Part shown: piece by piece, positions 42,246 through 51,061 of the stretch
Layout of the letters: every line of letters starts with the position of its first letter
How positions within the stretch are numbered: the first letter of the stretch is position 1
Source of the DNA: an uncultured Methanosarcinales archaeon
GTDB lineage: Archaea > Nanobdellota > Nanobdellia > Woesearchaeales > ARS49
Direction of reading: 5' to 3'
Assembly: GCA_964358315.1 (NCBI GenBank)
Contig: CAYHOF010000003.1
Location: 3,337-67,336 of the forward strand
Length of the DNA: 64,000 nt
Translations under genes and position numbers: made by a program
Notes under the pieces: generated by a model
Databases searched by the model: none
What the model saw: the letters and a program-made list of their open reading frames with translations, nothing else
What the model was told of the DNA's origin: nothing

Positions 42246-43399
42246 TTGAAGTTGTACACGTTGATGACGATCGTGTCGCCCGCGGCCGTGCGCCTGATGC
42301 GGGTCGAGCGCACGCGGTCCTTGTCGGTCACGAGCGTGAAGTTGGACGCATTCATGGACGGGAAGCGTTCTGGCGCGGCGCAGCAGTAGCCGTACTCGGT
42401 GTCGCTTGTCGCGACGCTGCTGCCCTTGAGGCGTCCGTTGCACGCGTCGAGGATGCCTGCGCAGCCGTTCTTGCCTTCGCAGGCCGCGTTGCAGATGCCA
42501 GTGTCAACTTCGGTGCAGTCGGGCGCGCACTGCAGGATGCGCGGCAACGGGTCGGTTTCGTCGACGTCGGTAAAGGGATGCTCGCAGCCAGGATCGCCGC
42601 CGACGAGCTTGTAGTCGACGCGGCCGTCCCCGTCGTTGTCGCGCGTGTCGTCGCAGACGAGGTCGCGGTCGGATTCGTTGTTGTCAAATCCTTCAAAGCA
42701 GCCAGGGTCGGTACGGATGCCGAAAGGACGGATCAACGAATTTTGATGGTCGACAAAGCCGTCGCCGTCGTTGTCGATGCCGTCGCTGCACTGGAAGATC
42801 GCGTCGCAGCAGACCGCCTGCGGATAGGTGGGCGGGTTGGCACTGTCGCTGCGTTCGATGTGCGCGTTGGTCGCGCCGCTCAGACGCATGATCTCGGTCT
42901 CGAGCACCGGGTCGCACACGCCTGTGCCGATGGTGCGGCAAGCGATGCGGCCGCAGGCGTCCGTGTTCGAGGTGCCGAACGTGCCCTCATTGTACTCGCA
43001 GCAGACCTTGCGGTTGCCCCACGTCGAGGCGTTGATGCCGGCGTGCGCGTTGTCGGTGCCAAGAACGCGGACTATTTCCTGTTCGTAGCCCGTGCATTCC
43101 ACGTCGGCAGCGACTTCTTTGCAGATCATCGAACAGCCAGGCACGTTCGTCCGGCACACGAGCGTCTCAGGATACGCGTTGCCGTTGTCGCACATGGCGG
43201 CATGCGCGTTGGTGGTGTCAGAAAGGTCGAGCACGCACTGGTCGAGCGCAGGATCGAGCGGGACGGTGGAACCATCCGGCTTGACCGCGCACGTCAGGTA
43301 GAGGTCGTCCGCGAAGACGGCAGCGCTGAGCGTGATGAACAACACTAATAGGAGTATCGGGTTCCCCACACGCATACATGGACCTCTTTTGTGCATCAT
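42242..43399 (-). CDS. secreted Cys-rich protein with Ca-binding DNDGDG loops, first gene of the minus-strand pilus operon
   Basis: Signal peptide (MRVGNPILLLVLFITLSAAVFA), about 30 Cys, three (T/D)NAH motifs (SDTTNAHA, GTDNAHA, GATNAHI), and two thrombospondin-type-3/EF-like loops (DGIDNDGDGFVD, DTRDNDGDGRVD). Confidence 0.7.
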   Translation of the reverse strand: MMHKRGPCMRVGNPILLLVLFITLSAAVFADDLYLTCAVKPDGSTVPLDPALDQCVLDLSDTTNAHAAMCDNGNAYPETLVCRTNVPGCSMICKEVAADVECTGYEQEIVRVLGTDNAHAGINASTWGNRKVCCEYNEGTFGTSNTDACGRIACRTIGTGVCDPVLETEIMRLSGATNAHIERSDSANPPTYPQAVCCDAIFQCSDGIDNDGDGFVDHQNSLIRPFGIRTDPGCFEGFDNNESDRDLVCDDTRDNDGDGRVDYKLVGGDPGCEHPFTDVDETDPLPRILQCAPDCTEVDTGICNAACEGKNGCAGILDACNGRLKGSSVATSDTEYGYCCAAPERFPSMNASNFTLVTDKDRVRSTRIRRTAAGDTIVINVYNFK

Positions 43400-43541
43400 C
43401 CCTGGTTGTTGTGTTTATATAAGCTTTGTCATGGACCGCCACCGTGGCGCAAAACCCTTCGTCACTGCGAGGCGATACTTTTATATATCTCGGATGGCTG
43501 AATTCTGTCAGCGATCATTATCAAAAACGAGGTGTAGCATA

Positions 43542-44066
43542 ATGGCAAAGAGATCAAAGCAAGCGCGCTCAGGTCAGGCCGCGATGGAATTCCTGATGAC
43601 CTATGGTTGGGCACTCCTGGTCGTGCTCGTCGTCATCGGCGCACTCGCGTACTTCGGCGTCCTCAACCCACAATCATTCCTTCCAAAGCGTTGCATCTTG
43701 GGATCAGGCCTCTCGTGCGTGGACAGCCGCCTCGATACTGGCGGTCAGTTCAACATGAAATTCACCAACAGTCTCGGAAACCCGATCAGGGTAACCAACA
43801 TCATCTTGAACGATGAAACATTGCAGAACATCATCGGAACATGCGCGTATGGTCCAATCGCCACGCCCATCTTGCCCGGTGAAAACTCGCCACTCATCAC
43901 GATCGAAGGCTGCAACAATGGCGTAGGCGGCGTAGAAGGTCTTGCCCTCGGACAACGCATCAAGGCGAAGATCAGCATCGAGTATACGGATGCAGCAACC
44001 CAATTCCCGCACACGCAGACAGGCGAATTGATCGTGGATGTCGAGGAGCCAGCAACCCTCACCTAA
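43542..44066 (+). CDS. archaeal type IV pilin (class III signal peptide), probable major pilin
   Basis: I start it at MAKRSKQARSGQAAMEFLMTYGWALLVVLVVIGALAYF (residue 71 of the track ORF) with GAGGTG upstream. It is the first gene after a strong TATA box (TTTTATATAT, 43479-43488) and is followed by a T-rich tract. Confidence 0.75.
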   Translation: MAKRSKQARSGQAAMEFLMTYGWALLVVLVVIGALAYFGVLNPQSFLPKRCILGSGLSCVDSRLDTGGQFNMKFTNSLGNPIRVTNIILNDETLQNIIGTCAYGPIATPILPGENSPLITIEGCNNGVGGVEGLALGQRIKAKISIEYTDAATQFPHTQTGELIVDVEEPATLT

Positions 44067-44088
44067 ATTTTATTTTTTGTCTTTTCTT
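44067..44088 (+). terminator. oligo-T tract directly after the first pilin gene (possible partial terminator/attenuator)
   Basis: ATTTTATTTTTTGTCTTTTCTT lies between the stop at 44066 and the next ATG at 44089. It contains T6 and two T4 runs. Confidence 0.4.
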
Positions 44089-44574
44089 ATGACGCGTCGG
44101 GGCCAAAGCGGATTAGAGTACACGCTTATCACGGCATTCGCGCTGCTCGCGCTCACCCCTGTCATGTACTTGTTGTTCACCTCGCTGAGCGGGTACGAGA
44201 CAGAGACTGCCAGCGCGCAGGTGAGCGCGATCGGCCGCCAGGTCGTCGCGACGGCGGAACGCGTCTACCATTTCGGCGCGCCGAGCAAGCTCACGCTCAG
44301 CGTGCAGATGCCGCGCGGGATCGCGAACCTCACAGTCCAGCACAATGATCCTGTGGTCTCAGGATGCAGTCGTTGCACCGAACTCGTGTTCACACTCTCG
44401 AACCGCGCGCAGGTGATCACGTCGAGCAAAGTGGACATCCACGGCCCTACGCCAGGGGTGACGAACGCCGCTGGCGTGACGATTTACACGTTCAACGAGA
44501 GTTTCTTCAATCCTGGCGTACGCGCGTACACGTTGGAGGCGTTCCCCGGCTATGTCGAACTGCGCCAATCGTAA
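44089..44574 (+). CDS. archaeal type IV pilin-like protein (class III signal peptide)
   Basis: I start it at MTRRGQSGLEYTLITAFALLALTPVMYLLF (residue 18 of the track ORF). Confidence 0.7.
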   Translation: MTRRGQSGLEYTLITAFALLALTPVMYLLFTSLSGYETETASAQVSAIGRQVVATAERVYHFGAPSKLTLSVQMPRGIANLTVQHNDPVVSGCSRCTELVFTLSNRAQVITSSKVDIHGPTPGVTNAAGVTIYTFNESFFNPGVRAYTLEAFPGYVELRQS

Positions 44575-45001
44575 AGGCCAGATCTCGGTCGAGTTCTTCG
44601 CGCTCAACGGGTTCTTGCTCATCGTCTTCCTCGCGCTGCTCATCGTCATCCAGCAACGGGGGTCGCAGATCACGCAAGAGAACAGCCTCAGCGCGGCGCA
44701 ACAACTCGCTGATGTCGTGGTGCGCGAGGTGCGGTATGCCTACGTGGCAGGGGACGGGTACACGCGGGATTTCAGCCTGCCGCGCACGATCGCGGGCGCG
44801 CCGTACGCGCTCGAGCTCATCCAAGGCCCTGATGCGTCCACGATCAGCGTGCGCTACCGCGACGACCGTATCTCGCGCGTCGTGCTGCCGTTGCCGCAAC
44901 GCGTGATCAACGCGACCAATCCGCTGCTGCCGCCCGAAAAGCCGCGCGTGCAGAACGTGGGCGGGCGCGTGTTCATGTACTTGCCGGAGTGGCTGTGGTG
45001 A
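44552..45001 (+). CDS. archaeal type IV pilin-like protein (class III signal peptide)
   Basis: MSNCANRKGQISVEFFALNGFLLIVFLALLIVI. It overlaps the previous gene by 23 nt. Confidence 0.7.
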   Translation: MSNCANRKGQISVEFFALNGFLLIVFLALLIVIQQRGSQITQENSLSAAQQLADVVVREVRYAYVAGDGYTRDFSLPRTIAGAPYALELIQGPDASTISVRYRDDRISRVVLPLPQRVINATNPLLPPEKPRVQNVGGRVFMYLPEWLW

Positions 45002-45057
45002 GAAGGAATCCGTCACCATTCCACAATGGTTCCTGGCGTCGGAAACCCGCGCAACAG

Positions 45058-45066
45058 ATTTATATA
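45058..45066 (+). promoter_or_regulatory. internal TATA box upstream of the 827-aa gene
   Basis: ATTTATATA is centred 27 nt upstream of the ATG at 45089. Confidence 0.45.
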
Positions 45067-45088
45067 GTTTCGAAAAGAGGGAAAACGC

Positions 45089-47572
45089 ATGCCTGAAAGC
45101 TCGCCCTTGACAACAGGAGTGGACGCGCTCGTCGACCTTGTGAACGAACGGGGCACGATCTCGTTCGCAGAGGCCGCCGCCACACTCAACGTGCCAGTCC
45201 AGACTGTCGAGGCATGGGCGTCCTTCCTCGAGGAGGAGGGGATTCTCAAAGTGCAGTACTCGTTCACCAAGCCCTACCTTGTCGCGGCAGGCGAGGTCAA
45301 GAAAGGGAAGGGACAACCGAAGGCGCAGATCAAGGTGCGCAAGGTCGAGCGCGGACCGACACGCGCGCAAGGCGCGCCCGTCCCCGAAGGAGCACCGACG
45401 CCCGAGGAAGGACCGCAAGAACGACAGCCCTCCGGCGACATTCTCGCCGAGGCGCGCGCGGCGCTCGCCGCAGGCGATGTCGCTGCCGCGAAACTGATCT
45501 ACGAACGTCTCGAGCAGGATTACAAGACGCTGCCGCGCAAGGTCGCGGCGGAACGCGAGGCGCTCATCAGCACGCTCTCCACGCTCAACAAGGAATTCCT
45601 CACGAGCATCGGCGGCGCGGATCCTGCGTCGGAAAAGATCGCGCGCGAGGTGCGCGAGCGGCTCACCGACGTGCAGACGAGCGGCTCGAAAGGCGACGTC
45701 GACAGTGCGCTCGCAGCGTTCAACGCGGCCAACGACGCGTTCAACCGCCTCACGGTCGAGGCGTCGGAGTTGCGCCTGGGCCTCACGCCGCTCCTCTCCC
45801 AAGCGCAGCAGACGCTGCTCGACATGGAACTCGCGCGCTCCAGCAAGGACTGGGAGACGCAGCTTGGTCGCGTGCAGCAACTGATGGACATGATCGAGAA
45901 GACGATCGCGGACAAGGACGTGCAGCGCGCGTACACGCTCTACGAGCAGCTCGAGGCCGCGAAGAAGGCGTTGCCACCGCTCTTCGCGGAGAAGACGGTC
46001 GAGCTCGAGCACAGGATGTTGCCCACGTATGAGCGCATCGTGAACATGCACATCGAGATCGCGCGCAAGGACCTCCAGCAGAAGCTGGAATTGCTCGGCA
46101 CGCTGCAGGCGCGCATCGACGCGAGCATCGGCAAGCGTGACCATGCTGACGCGACCAAGCTCTACGAGATGGCCAAGCGCGTCTATCTCGGCATCCCCAA
46201 CGAATTCTTCGAGAAGAAGGTGGAGGCGCAGAAGAGACTCCTTGTCTACGCGCGGCGCATCAGCGAGCTCGAGCTCACGATAGCGAAAGACGGCCTTGGC
46301 AGCGCGCTCGCGCGCGTCGAGGACGCAGCGAAGGGCGCGGACATGCTGCTGCTCAAAGGCGACATGGCAGGCGCGCACGACGCGTACAACCAGGCGGTCG
46401 CGTTGTTCTCGCAATTGCCCAAAGGGTTCGTCGAGCGCAAGGCGCCATTGCAGCGCAAGCTCGTCGCGATCTACACCGAGCTCTTGCAACAGACACAACG
46501 GCCCGTGACCCCTGTCTCGCACGCACAAAAGGACGCGTTCGCGGAAGGCCTCAAGGAGTTCGAGGACGCGCTGCGTGGCAAGCGCTGGCAGGACGCGCTC
46601 GCGGCCTACGACGCGCTCGTCGCGTTGCAGTACGTCCCGAGCGCCCATGCGCAACGCTACGCGGCAATCAGCGCGCAGGCGCACCTGCTGCGCAGGGCCA
46701 TGACGCTCTCGCGCTTGTCCGACAAGGAAAAATTGCGTCGCATGCTGGCGCGCGTCTACGAGCTCTACAAGGAACAGCACGCAGCGCACCCAGAACCAAA
46801 CGTTCTTTTCGACTTCGTGCGCGCGCAATATTTCGGCGGCATGGACGCGCTCAAAGGCAAGCATGCAAAGCACCCGAAGCACGGGTTTGCGATCCCTGTA
46901 CCGCCACGTGAGGAGCCGCCACAGATGGTCGTGAGCGAGCGGGCTCCTGCGCCCGAACGCGCACCCAGCCCGCCCCCGTTACAAGAACAACTCATGCCAA
47001 CGCTCGCGTCTGCTAAAGACGTCGCGGCAACATTCGAACGACCTGTCTTGACAATGACACGTCCACGTGCAGAGGAGATGCCTCCTGCGCTGCCGGTGAT
47101 GCAAGTCCCGCTCAAAGAACGACCGATCGCACGGCCACCACAACCTTCACGACCGATACCGCGCAATCACGCCGTGGTGCCGGTGCGGCAAGCGCCACGC
47201 GCACCGCAGCAGGACGCCACCATCCCGTCGGTCCCTGACGAGCAGTGGGTCGAGGTCATCCAGATGTGGCATGAGGCGGCGAAGCAGGGCCGCTGGGATG
47301 TCGCGCTCAACGTGGCCGACGTGTTCGGCTCGCTTGGCCCGATCCCGCAGGACCGCGTGTTCGAGGTCTCGGTCATCAGGGAGCAGGCGGACTTGTTGCA
47401 CCAGGCGCAGGAGCTCGGGTCCTATCCTGATGTCTACATGCGCAGGGCTGCCTTGCAGCGCTTTTACGATCGCTATAACGAGACGGTGCGCGACCATCCG
47501 GGCGCGACGCTGCTCTACCAGCACCTGAAATCGCTCTACGTGAGCGCGCTGCTGAGCGTAACAAAGACATAA
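45089..47572 (+). CDS. 827-aa protein: N-terminal wHTH, then five or more helical repeat modules, Pro-rich linker and a C-terminal helical domain
   Basis: wHTH-like GVDALVDLVNERGTISFAEAAATLNVPVQTVEAWASFLEEEGILKV. It has repeated modules of type A-x2-(L/I)Y-x-x-L...LP...(F)...K, for example AAAKLIYERLEQDYKTLPRKV, RAYTLYEQLEAAKKALPPLF, ATKLYEMAKRVYLGIPNEFF and AHDAYNQAVALFSQLPKGFV. Confidence 0.7.
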   Translation: MPESSPLTTGVDALVDLVNERGTISFAEAAATLNVPVQTVEAWASFLEEEGILKVQYSFTKPYLVAAGEVKKGKGQPKAQIKVRKVERGPTRAQGAPVPEGAPTPEEGPQERQPSGDILAEARAALAAGDVAAAKLIYERLEQDYKTLPRKVAAEREALISTLSTLNKEFLTSIGGADPASEKIAREVRERLTDVQTSGSKGDVDSALAAFNAANDAFNRLTVEASELRLGLTPLLSQAQQTLLDMELARSSKDWETQLGRVQQLMDMIEKTIADKDVQRAYTLYEQLEAAKKALPPLFAEKTVELEHRMLPTYERIVNMHIEIARKDLQQKLELLGTLQARIDASIGKRDHADATKLYEMAKRVYLGIPNEFFEKKVEAQKRLLVYARRISELELTIAKDGLGSALARVEDAAKGADMLLLKGDMAGAHDAYNQAVALFSQLPKGFVERKAPLQRKLVAIYTELLQQTQRPVTPVSHAQKDAFAEGLKEFEDALRGKRWQDALAAYDALVALQYVPSAHAQRYAAISAQAHLLRRAMTLSRLSDKEKLRRMLARVYELYKEQHAAHPEPNVLFDFVRAQYFGGMDALKGKHAKHPKHGFAIPVPPREEPPQMVVSERAPAPERAPSPPPLQEQLMPTLASAKDVAATFERPVLTMTRPRAEEMPPALPVMQVPLKERPIARPPQPSRPIPRNHAVVPVRQAPRAPQQDATIPSVPDEQWVEVIQMWHEAAKQGRWDVALNVADVFGSLGPIPQDRVFEVSVIREQADLLHQAQELGSYPDVYMRRAALQRFYDRYNETVRDHPGATLLYQHLKSLYVSALLSVTKT

Positions 47573-47589
47573 AAACGAGGTGAATCCAT

Positions 47590-49092
47590 GTGGTGAGTGC
47601 ACCACGCGTCATCGACAAGTACACTGTGGCCAGTGCAGGCGTCACATTCACGGTCGAGGTAGTCGAAGACCCGGCCGAATTCGTCAACATCTACAGGCTC
47701 AGCGCGTTCTCGATCAGTCCTGCGACCAAGATCATCCTGGACAAGATCAGGGAGGAGTTCATCGTGAACGTCGAAGTGCAGGGCACGGCCGAACTCGACG
47801 TGGAAAAACTCGGCGGCATCTCGGAGAGCATCCGCAAGGGCTTCGAGCGCGAGATCGGCGGCATCCTCAAGAAGTACTTCCCTTCTGTCGATCGCAAGAC
47901 GTACGACACGCTGCTCAACTACCTCATCCAGCAGAACATCGGCTTTGGCGACCTCGAACCCATGCTCAAGGACGCAGGCCTTGAAGAAATCGTCATCAAC
48001 GGCGCGACAGAACCCGTGTGGGTCTATCACCGCAAGCATGGCTGGCTCAAGACGAGCGTGACCGTGCCGCGCGAGTCCAAGATCAGGCATTACGCGACCG
48101 TCATCGGCCGCGAGGTGGGCAAGGACATCACGCTGCTCAACCCGCTCATGGACGCGAGCCTCAAGACAGGCGACCGTGTCAACGCCACGCTCAACCCGAT
48201 CTCGACCAAGGGCAACACGATCACCATCCGCAAGTTCGCGGAGAAGCCCTGGACGATCGCGGACTTCCTCAACAAGAACACGCTCTCAGTCGAGGTCGCT
48301 GCCATGATCTGGCTGTGCGTCGAGAACGAGCTCAGCGTGCTGATCTCCGGCGGCACGGGTTCTGGCAAGACGAGCGCGCTCAACGTCGTCATGACGTTCT
48401 TCCCGCCGAATCAGCGCATCATCAGCATCGAGGACACGCGCGAGGTCGTGCTGCCCTCGTTCATGCACTGGGTGCCGCTCGAGACGCGCCTGCCCAACCC
48501 CGAAGGCAAGGGCGCGGTCACCATGCTCGATCTCGTCGTCAACAGCCTGCGCATGCGTCCGGACCGCATCGTCGTTGGCGAGATCCGTCGCAAGCAGGAG
48601 GCGCTCGTGCTCTTCGAGGCCATGCAGACAGGCCATTCCGTGTACGCGACCATCCACGCCAACAACGCGGACGAGACCGTGCAGCGTCTCACGCACGAAC
48701 CCATCGACGTGCCAAAAGCGGTGCTGCCCACCTTGGGCGTGATCCTCGTGATGAACCGCAACAGGCGTACAGGCTTCCGTCGCGCACTGCAGCTCGCCGA
48801 GATGACGCCTGGCGGTGACGCGCGCGTCATCTACCAGCTCGACGCGCAGAAGGACGTGGTGAAGAAGATCGCCGAGCCGGACTCGCTCTTCAAGAAGATC
48901 GGGCTCTACACTGGTCTCAAGCCTGCCGAGATCAACGCGAACCTCAAGAACAAGGTCGAGATCCTGAGGCGCCTGCAGAAGATCGAGGGCGCGGACATCC
49001 AGACGATCGGCTACATCTTCGCGCATTACTACACGAACAAGGACTTCAAGGTCGCGGACATCCAGAAGCTCATCGACGAGGCCAAGAGGTGA
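47590..49092 (+). CDS. type IV pilus/archaellum-family secretion ATPase (FlaI/TadA/EpdL-like)
   Basis: GTG start with GAGGTGA upstream. Walker A ISGGTGSGKTS, Asp box IISIEDTREV, Walker B RMRPDRIVVGEIR, His box TGHSVYATIHAN. Confidence 0.9.
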   Translation: MVSAPRVIDKYTVASAGVTFTVEVVEDPAEFVNIYRLSAFSISPATKIILDKIREEFIVNVEVQGTAELDVEKLGGISESIRKGFEREIGGILKKYFPSVDRKTYDTLLNYLIQQNIGFGDLEPMLKDAGLEEIVINGATEPVWVYHRKHGWLKTSVTVPRESKIRHYATVIGREVGKDITLLNPLMDASLKTGDRVNATLNPISTKGNTITIRKFAEKPWTIADFLNKNTLSVEVAAMIWLCVENELSVLISGGTGSGKTSALNVVMTFFPPNQRIISIEDTREVVLPSFMHWVPLETRLPNPEGKGAVTMLDLVVNSLRMRPDRIVVGEIRRKQEALVLFEAMQTGHSVYATIHANNADETVQRLTHEPIDVPKAVLPTLGVILVMNRNRRTGFRRALQLAEMTPGGDARVIYQLDAQKDVVKKIAEPDSLFKKIGLYTGLKPAEINANLKNKVEILRRLQKIEGADIQTIGYIFAHYYTNKDFKVADIQKLIDEAKR

Positions 49093-49097
49093 TGTAG

Positions 49098-49934
49098 GTG
49101 GCAAGCCCGCTCGTCAGCGTCCTCGCGCGAACCCAGCCGGGACTGCGACGTCATCTACGCATGGCGCGCATGAACGTGAACGTCGAGACGTTCATCAAGC
49201 GCACGCTCACGCTCTCGACCATGTTCGCCTTCGGGCTCTCGTTCTTGCTCTTTGTCGTGATCGACAAGACGCGCGGCCCGCTCTTTCGCGGCCAGAACCT
49301 GCTCATCACGCTGCTCTTCTTCATCGTGTGCTGGCTTGGCGCGTTCATGTTCTTCATGGCGACAGTGCACGTCTACATCAGCAAGCAACAGAAATTGTTG
49401 AACCGCGACGTGCTCTTCGTCGGGCGCTACCTGCTCATCAAGCTGCAGAGCGGCGTGCCCTTCTACCAGGCGCTCATCGACGCGGCGAACGGTGGTTTTG
49501 GCACGACGAGCAAGTACATGCGTGAGATCGTCGACGACATCGAGCTCGGCACGCCCATCGAGCAGGCGCTCACGACCGCCGCGGACATCAGCCCGTCCAA
49601 GGAGTTCCGCCAGATCCTCTGGCAGGTCAACGCCGCGCTGCGCTCCGGCGTTGACGTGACGGACTCGCTCAAGAGCATCCTCAACGAGATCGCCTCCGCC
49701 CAGATCATCGAGGTGGAACGCTATGGCAAGAAGCTTAGCACGATCTCGCTGCTCTACATGCTGGGCGCCATCGTCATCCCCTCGCTTGGCGTCACGCTCT
49801 TCGTCGCCTTCAGCGGCTTCCTGGGCATCGTCCTCACCTTCAACCACCTCGTCATCGTGCTCTTCGCGTTCATGTTCGTGCAGTACATGTTCCTCTCCCT
49901 GTTCAAGACCATACGACCACAGATCAACCTCTGA
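49098..49934 (+). CDS. pilus platform membrane protein, single T2SSF domain (TadB/EpdJ-like half of FlaJ/PilC)
   Basis: TM helices flank a cytoplasmic domain with GVPFYQALIDAANG...PIEQALTTAADISPSKEFRQILWQVNAALRSGVDVTDSL. It starts 6 nt after the ATPase stop. Confidence 0.8.
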   Translation: MASPLVSVLARTQPGLRRHLRMARMNVNVETFIKRTLTLSTMFAFGLSFLLFVVIDKTRGPLFRGQNLLITLLFFIVCWLGAFMFFMATVHVYISKQQKLLNRDVLFVGRYLLIKLQSGVPFYQALIDAANGGFGTTSKYMREIVDDIELGTPIEQALTTAADISPSKEFRQILWQVNAALRSGVDVTDSLKSILNEIASAQIIEVERYGKKLSTISLLYMLGAIVIPSLGVTLFVAFSGFLGIVLTFNHLVIVLFAFMFVQYMFLSLFKTIRPQINL

Positions 49935-49937
49935 ACC

Positions 49938-50990
49938 ATGGCATTCTCCCTCCTGCAGAATTTCGGCAAGGCGTTCATCCCGCAGAAGTTCCGCCCGCGC
50001 ATCCGCAGCTACATGCAGCTCGCCGGCATCCCGGAGATACCGTACGGCCTCTTCGGCCAGCTCTTCGCGCTGGGCATCATCATCACGTTCGTGCTGTACG
50101 CGTTCATCGCGTACCCGTACATCCGCGGGCTCACGGCAGGCTTCAGCGCGCTGGGCCGCTCGGCCACGTTCTTCGCGCTCACGTTCGTGAGTTTCGCAGT
50201 CGTCGCGCTGGTCATCAGCTACCTGTTCATGTCGCTCATCTACGTCTGGCTGGACTTGCGCATCTTCAAGCGCACGTCGCAGATGGAGGCAGTGCTTGTC
50301 GACTTCCTGCAGTTCGTGAGCGAGAACCTCAAGGCAGGCATGAGTTTCGACCGTGCGCTCTTCTTCGCCATCAAGCCGCAATTCACCGTGCTCGCGGCCG
50401 AGGTGCGCATCGCGGCGAAACGCGCCATGACAGGCCAAGACGTCGAGGAGGCGCTCACCGAGCTCGCACGCAAGTATGACAGCAACGTGCTGAGCCGCAG
50501 CTTCGCGCTCATCGTGGAAGGACTGCGCGGCGGGGGCGAGGTGTCGTACATCATCGACCGCGTCGTCGATAACCTGCGCGAGACCAAGAAGCTCAAGGAG
50601 GAGATGGTGGCGACCACCTTGGGATACGTCATCTTCATCAGCTTCGTCGTCATGGCCATCGCGCCAGGCCTTTTCGCGCTCGCCAAGCAACTGCTCATCA
50701 TCCTCGGCAAGTTCATCACGCAACTCACCGGCGCCCTGAGCCAGTCGTCGACGCTGCCGCTGAGCTTCAGCGCCGTGGCCATCACGCCCGACGACTTCAC
50801 CAAGTTCAGCTACCTCTCGCTCGGCGTCGTGAGCCTCTTCTCATCCATGATCATCAGCACGATCCAGAAAGGCAACGTGAAAAGCGGCATCAGGTACGTG
50901 CCTGTCTTCATCATCATCTCGATCGTGATGTTCTTCATCTTCCAAAGCCTGCTCGGCATCATGCTCGGCGCATTCTTCTCAGGGATCTGA
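49938..50990 (+). CDS. pilus platform membrane protein, single T2SSF domain (TadC/EpdK-like)
   Basis: GMSFDRALFFAIKP...VEEALTELARKYDSNVLSRSFALIVEGLRGGGEVSYII, flanked by TM helices. It starts 4 nt after the previous stop. Confidence 0.8.
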   Translation: MAFSLLQNFGKAFIPQKFRPRIRSYMQLAGIPEIPYGLFGQLFALGIIITFVLYAFIAYPYIRGLTAGFSALGRSATFFALTFVSFAVVALVISYLFMSLIYVWLDLRIFKRTSQMEAVLVDFLQFVSENLKAGMSFDRALFFAIKPQFTVLAAEVRIAAKRAMTGQDVEEALTELARKYDSNVLSRSFALIVEGLRGGGEVSYIIDRVVDNLRETKKLKEEMVATTLGYVIFISFVVMAIAPGLFALAKQLLIILGKFITQLTGALSQSSTLPLSFSAVAITPDDFTKFSYLSLGVVSLFSSMIISTIQKGNVKSGIRYVPVFIIISIVMFFIFQSLLGIMLGAFFSGI

Positions 50991-51061
50991 AACGGGAACG
51001 ACGAGTAGGACAGGGAATATTCTAAGGAGAATAGATGGACGTCGAAGAATGAAAACAACAC

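Noticed and set aside
44507-46882. A 791-aa ORF on the minus strand, antisense to the pilus operon.
   Set aside because: Its composition is Arg/Leu/Ala/Val-rich, typical of the antisense frame of GC-rich coding DNA. It cuts across three well-supported plus-strand genes with pilin N-termini and operon logic. It has no motifs.
49155-50723. A 522-aa minus-strand ORF opposite the two T2SSF platform genes.
   Set aside because: It has antisense composition (E/D/R/H-rich with no hydrophobic helices). The plus frames have T2SSF motifs and TM helices.
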